A stretch of 59,067 nt of DNA, the filler included, from Dugesia japonica (Eukaryota), in NCBI GenBank assembly GCA_001938525.1. It is 5 parts of 5 records of this genome, joined end to end, with 100 filler letters (N's around TTAATTAATTAA, not from the genome) between each part and the next. Parts side by side here need not be neighbours in the genome. Positions count along the whole stretch, not along the records: positions 42,896 to 59,067 come from MQRL01633389.1; 4 more parts are not named here. One strand, written 5' to 3'. Of this stretch, positions 52,631 through 59,067 are shown piece by piece (the stretch's first letter is position 1; each line of letters starts with the position of its first letter). The notes below the pieces were generated by a model, which made no database searches, had not been told where the DNA came from, and was given only the letters and a program-made list of their open reading frames with translations. The position numbers and the translations under genes were made by a program.

Positions 52631-54738
52631 TCTTCACAAAAAACACACAGTTAATATAAACAAATAACACAAAATAACAGATAAAAACATAGTATAATGT
52701 AAATATTTTGAAAACAATATTGCGTTGTAATTATTATTATGTAAATTTGAATGCGTTTAGTTCCTTTTATTATTGTTGTATTAAAGGGGGAAGTTTTATG
52801 TAATGTTATTGTTTTTATTTTTATATTTTTCTTTATAATAGATACTTTGATGTTCAAATTCAAGATACTTTTATTTTTTCAAAATTTGATGATTCATCTT
52901 TAGAGACCATAATGAGACTAAATGAGTTATTCATGAGAAAATCTCATAATAAGTACTTGTTTTTAATTTATTTGATCAATAATAAAGTATGATGATTTTA
53001 TCCATATTAATAATGATATTTGAAAGTAATTTAATTATTTTATGGTTCATCGGTAATAGCAGTTCTTTTACAGTTCATTAATGGTTCTTCGATTCCTATT
53101 TTTCACTTACCTTTGCTTAATAACTTTTTATCTATAAGGTTTGGTGATTTTTAACAAAGTTTTTCTTACTCAAAATAAAATCCTCTATTGAATAGTTACT
53201 TTGATGTTTAAATCTGAACTAATAATCCCAAAATTCATAATTTCCTCCCAGACTCCCAAAATGAAGTATATGTTTTGTCAATATAACATTTTATTTAAAA
53301 GGTTTGATGATTATAGGTGGGATATTATAGAGAGCACAGCTAAATATCTTCGTTAGGAAGCATTTTTACCGAGACAATATTTGAACTTTTCACAGACACT
53401 AATACTAAAGTCGAAACCATACAAGTGATGTACGAAGAGAAAATAGAGCACGAAAATTCAAAATTTGAGATTTTTCAGGACAAAACCATATTTATTTATT
53501 CCCGGATAAACTTTGGTGATTTTAAGGTTATATATTTGGAATCAGCGTAAATTTCTCTATCTAATAGACTTAGTTATTTAATGTAAAGATGAGAAATAAT
53601 TTTTTCGAAAATTTTTTTTGTGAAAAATAATTTCCATCTAATTTTGCATCGATTGATGTAAAAATCTCGACAAAAATTGTTGTAAACATTTTTTAAATTT
53701 CAAATGCTTTTCCATATTCTCATAAAAATTTGATTTAAAAATTTTTTAAATGTGAGAATTCAAACAAAAATGATCTAATTTCACCAATCTAAACTAACTT
53801 TTCTCGAGAAAATGATTGACCAAATCACCCAAAACTTAACCGAATTTGACATTCCATAGGAAATAATTGACCAAGTCTTCTAAAAATAACCCAAATTGAC
53901 CTCTTCGAAGAAAAATTTGACCCAATCACCTTAAAAGTCATACAAATTTTTCATTCCTGAGAAAATATTCGATCAATTTCGCCGAAAACCATTAAAAAAT
54001 TGACCACATTCAGTCCAATCACCTAAAAATTACCCAAACCGATCAATCCCGGGGAAACAGTTGATCTAATTCACCTGGATCAACCGAAAATCTTCCTCAC
54101 CAAATAAATTCCTATCTAAATGAAAATGAAAAATTCTGTCGCTTAAAAACCCTCAAAGAATTTCCCAACTAAATACACAGTAAAAATATTGCCGCTTAAA
54201 AAGCCTATAAAAATTCTACGGCTTAAAAAGCCTGAAATTTGAAAATAATTCGGCAAGTTTTTAACAAATATGAGCAAAACTTATGTAATCGCACATAAAT
54301 TTTGATTGCCGCATAAAAACACATAAAAAATACTGCCTCACTTACGTAATAATCCGATTACGTCAACGGCGGGGGGCTACTGAATGTGTGCAGAAACTGA
54401 CAGCCACTATCCACCTACTATAATGATAGAACCTACTATTTATTTCCCAACACAAATGTGAGATGTTGTAATTTATGGTAGAAAATTTGAAAAGTTTATT
54501 AGAATATTCATAAATTTAAGAAAATCCAACCACATAATTTTCATCAAACTCGATTGGTTATAAAAACTCCAATGTTATTTTGAAATTTTAATATAACAAA
54601 TTTTAATGGATAATTTAATATTATATTTATCTATTCCAATGTTACTTATAAAAAAAGGATTATTTTGTTTTTTTAAAAAAATAATTTACTTTGTAATTTT
54701 CAGGTTACTTTACTGCTCATTCATTCTAGTTTTAAATT

Positions 54739-55659
54739 ATGAATAATACTACAATTTGTTCTGGTATAATTGCTGAACAGAGAGGCGTGCAGCCCATTTA
54801 TCATTATTGTTTTTATTTTTTTATTTCACTCTGTGGAGTATTAACGAATTTGTTCCTTCTCATTAATTATAAATACAATTCAAAAGTTATTCTCGGTAAA
54901 AGAGCAACATTTGTTTTGACCATGAATCTATTAATATTTTCTGATTTTGCAAATTCTATTTATCTAAATGTCGGATTAGGTGTATCAATATTTTCAACNG
55001 AAATTTCCAACCTATCACAAGAAATGGTTTATTCTCTAAGAAATTTTGCAATAATTATTCAATCANTCATATTTACATTGATTTCGATCGATCGATTATT
55101 AGCAATTGTGCGACCAATTGAAATTAAATGGAAACCTCTTTTAATAAAACAATTTTTATCAATTATGACACCATTAATATTAGTTTATGAAATATTAATG
55201 AAATACTTGATTAACAATACTTCGCTATTATGTTCATATCGTGTTTTATTAAACATTATTTTTACAAGGTTTCATTTGTCTTTAATCCTTATTTGTGTGC
55301 TGATTAATACTGTTTGTTATTTTAGTTTATTCTTAGTGTTTTATTTTCATAGTTATAAAGGTAAGCATCAATCTGTTTCGAATAAAAATGTAATAAAAGT
55401 TGCTAGAATTACTGTTTTAACAACAGTCATTTATATATTGTGCTTGATTCCTCCATTTGTCAATTCCATGAGACCTGGTTCATTGCCAGTTTTTATTTCG
55501 TTTATTTTGTATTGGCATGTGGTTATCAATCCAATATTGTTCATTATTGATAATTCTTATTTACGAAAAATTATTTGTCGTAGATCCAATATTGTAGAAC
55601 AATCCACATCAATAAATACAAAGATTAATAAACCAATTGTAAAGATTTTTCTAAAATAA
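54739..55659 (+). CDS. Divergent rhodopsin-family (class A) 7TM GPCR, 306 aa, single coding exon
   Basis: Longest ORF in the window; about seven hydrophobic segments; N-terminal NNT sequon; TM1 GVLTN, TM2 L..SD, TM3 SIDRLLAIVRP (DRY-like), TM6 CLIP, TM7 INPILF. Acceptor-like TTTTCAG ends at 54703, upstream of the ATG. Confidence 0.85.
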   Translation: MNNTTICSGIIAEQRGVQPIYHYCFYFFISLCGVLTNLFLLINYKYNSKVILGKRATFVLTMNLLIFSDFANSIYLNVGLGVSIFSXEISNLSQEMVYSLRNFAIIIQSXIFTLISIDRLLAIVRPIEIKWKPLLIKQFLSIMTPLILVYEILMKYLINNTSLLCSYRVLLNIIFTRFHLSLILICVLINTVCYFSLFLVFYFHSYKGKHQSVSNKNVIKVARITVLTTVIYILCLIPPFVNSMRPGSLPVFISFILYWHVVINPILFIIDNSYLRKIICRRSNIVEQSTSINTKINKPIVKIFLK

Positions 55660-58104
55660 ACATAATCGATATTTAGATCAATATTGTCTAACTAAATACA
55701 GGAACTTTTCATTAAAAATATCCAAACATGTGTATTTTAGAATAGTTAAATAAATGTATTTAGAAATAAAATATAAATAAAATATTTCGGTCTTATTCTT
55801 AAAATGTAAAAATTAATAGATTATTTATATCTTATTTGTTATTCATAACAAATTTTCACACCTTAAAGTAAATAATAAATTTTATTTGTTGAAAATTTTG
55901 ACAAATTTTATTTTTTTAACTGTTGGATTTTTCACACTTCAAACATATGATCGTGAGATTTTTCAAGCATTGCATACTAATTATTACTATTATTATTTAA
56001 ATGTTTTTTATAGGTGTTAATTTTCAAACCTTAATCTAAACTCTAAGATAGTTTTTAAACGCAGATTTAATTTTTTTGTATTTTAAGCGGAATTTATTGA
56101 AATTAGATTTGTATAATATTTAAATTTGAATCATAAAAATAATTTGTAAAATAAATTTTAAAATTATTTTTGTAAAACTAGCGAATGTGAAAGTTATAAT
56201 TTGTGTTGAATATAAAATTTTGATGTACAGTATGTATTAAAATTTTATTATTTTCCATTTGTGTAATTTTGGTATAATTTGAATTTCAAATTATTAATAA
56301 ATTTTAAAATTTAGTTTTGTATATAAAATTGTAATTTACAATGTTTATTAAAATTTTATTGTTTCAATCGTTTAATTGCTTGTTGTACTCCACCAAAACT
56401 AAATCTATGTCTTCTTTCTTCATCCAAATTTTCATTTTAATTAAAATCATTGCTATCAAGTCTGGTNAAGAAAATAAGTTAATAATATTTAAAAAATAAT
56501 TTAAATGTTTACCTTTTTCATGGAGATAATCTTCCTCTTCCTCGGATTCTGTCAAGCTATGATTATATCGAAATTCTTCTTTTGTACTTCAATCATTTTG
56601 CGATTTCAAAAATTAAAAGCTCTTTAAAATGAAATTTGTATTATTGATTATAGAGCGGGATGATCAAATAGAGCTGGAATATCAAGATGTTGTTATTTCA
56701 GACGATGATGAATTCACGTTATCTTTCATGAAATAGCATGGAAAAACTATTATTGCAAAAATTATTTCATAGACTAAAGGTTGTTAATTGTTGAATTATG
56801 AAGATTATCTCAACAAATGTATAGTTGATGTTGCTAATCATCTTGCAAATTTATTCCCTCTTGAACTTTTTATTGATTCAATGGAAGAAATATCAAACAA
56901 TGAAATTATATTTTATCTTCATAAATTAGAAAAAGCATTACAAAGTGGTCTACAAATTATTCAATTCCTGGATAGTCTTGTAATACTCAGAAGATTAGAA
57001 TTAATTAATAAACTAAAATTTAATACATATTCATTGAAAAGCATTACATTTTTAATGAATAATTTAGTTAAATTTCATAAACTTGAACTATTAATCGCAT
57101 ACAGACAACAACATGGATGTAAAATGGATAGCGATAAAAATACTTTAAGTAATCTTTGTACTTTAATAATATATTTTAATATTATAATTTCAGTTGCCAA
57201 ATTTCATACAGAACAATCATTGAAACATCAAAAATTATGGAATTGAATTAAATAAACTTTACTTCTTAAAACTTGTTTTGATTTATAAAAAGTTACAAAA
57301 TAATAAAACAAAGAATTTATCAATAATAATATTTATTCAATAAAATTTAATTCAATATTTTGAGTTGATTTAACTTTCCAAATTGGTTTTACTATTTCTT
57401 TAAATTTCTTTAAACCAATAATTTCAACTGTAATCATTGATTTACTTTCCTTAACAGTATCTTCTTTAGATTTAATAAATGTTATTCAATTTTCATGCGT
57501 TCATTGATTCTTATGAATAGTTCATTAAGAGTATTTTGATCATTGTCATTGATTTCAGATATGTTTAAATCGTAAAGACCAGGTTTCAATTTTACTGTGT
57601 CCTAAATAAAAAAGTAATAACTAAGTTATTAGAAAATAAAATATTAATTGAAAAGTATAATTTATTATTCTTTTAAAGAAAATAATATATGCTTAAAGTA
57701 CTTTCTTGTTTTTCACACAAGAATGCTAGTGTAGACAAATTTTCTTTGGTAAGAATTTATATCATCTTCAGGTAAAATAATGAATAATAATTAAAATATT
57801 CAGTTTATATATGTTTTAAAACGGTCTATATTATTAAAATATGTTGATACGTTTAAACAATTGATTCTAGAACACTCTTATTCAAGTTATTTAAAAATTA
57901 AATTATGTTAAATTATGAATATGTCGATTTGAATTACAAAAAGTTAATTTAAAATTAAAATGTAATTATAAATATAAATTTTAACCATGTTATTCGAAAT
58001 GAGCAAAAATTCTTTATCAAAAAAATGGTTTGATAGTAAGAACTGAGTAAGCCATTACAGCTCTATCTACCTACTATTATCTTTACATTAAAATGNTAGG
58101 TAAT

Positions 58105-58338
58105 NNTAGGTAAATAGTGCAGCACTGGGACAGCAACACATTTAAAAATTCTATTTTAAAAATTTTTCAAAAAAAGTCAAGCACAATTTAAAAATTTTTT
58201 TAGAAATAGAAGACCATTTTTAAAATATTCAAGACCATTTTTTTAAAAAAACTTTTAAGACATTTTTCATGTGCGGTAAGACTATACCTTTTTCACTGTA
58301 CCAATATCAATGTTCCAGTGCTGCACTACCTACTTACT
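58105..58338. mobile_element. Short TIR element (MITE-like)
   Basis: TAGTGCAGCACTGG at 58115-58128 and its exact reverse complement CCAGTGCTGCACTA at 58315-58328. Confidence 0.6.
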
Positions 58339-59067
58339 ATTATAATTTTCTATTTAACACTATATAACCAATAAAAATCGACCAATGAAAAACATATTGC
58401 ATTCATATTGCACGATGGCACATTAATGTTGTAAAATTAAACAATTTAATTATATATATCTGAAATTATATTATATACATTTATTGGTAGTGTAAATTCT
58501 TTATACCGATATTACAGTTTTCCTTAATGAAAGTATGGTTACAAATACAGGATCATACATTTTAAGTCTTACTGCAGGAAAAAATTCTGTTTCAAACCAA
58601 CATTTTGTTTTTTTTGCTAATTTTTACAAATGGATTAGAATTGTTAAAGATTGCAAACGAATGTATTTAATATCATACTGCAATTTATATATTTACAACG
58701 GTTTTTCGCATCCCATTATTCAACAATTTCTTGATTTAAAGAATATTATTATATATTTACCGCTTTTGTAAAAAATTGAGAAGGTTTACTGATAGGAAAT
58801 GACTCTGTGCTTGTTAAATCTTCAGACACTTTACCTTTGAAATTAATATTAACTGACATTATGAATGATTTTTAATAAATGTGGGTGTATATATATATTT
58901 TGCGGAAATGAAATTAATTGATTCATTTAAACAAATTGGTATTATTTTATTTTTTAAATTATTTAATTTATTTTTGTAAATATTACTCATTTGTTTTTTT
59001 AATTTAGTTAATTATCAATGGAGAAGTGCAATTGAATCACATCGAAGACAGTGAAAGAAAACAATAT

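Overview
Very AT-rich eukaryotic (animal) draft-assembly DNA with (ATT)n microsatellites, 44-50 nt GT-AG introns and many N gaps. The style suggests a planarian flatworm (inference only). The window is not one continuous locus: four identical 100-bp artificial spacers (N44-TTAATTAATTAA-N44) split it into five blocks. Host genes: (i) the 3' 11 coding exons of a TRAF7-like zinc finger/coiled-coil/WD40 gene (338-10690, +), reconstructed by hand with consistent intron phases; (ii) the first coding exon of a PPP1R16A/B (MYPT3/TIMAP)-like gene (17518-17767); (iii) a class-A GPCR with an intronless coding region (54739-55659). The rest is decayed, nested transposon sequence: Gypsy LTR elements and LTRs (including a solo LTR with TSD), Penelope-like elements (PLE; GIY-YIG), an RTE LINE, mariner, pogo/Tigger, Merlin, hAT and Polinton/Maverick pPolB. 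The most notable signals are RNA-structural. Two families of minimal hammerhead ribozymes sit in PLE ends, including a perfect back-to-back pair at 19019-19115 and a 100-bp copy inserted in frame with an 11-bp TSD into a hAT transposase. A separate, unassigned ~100-nt three-hairpin element occurs three times and shows compensatory base changes.
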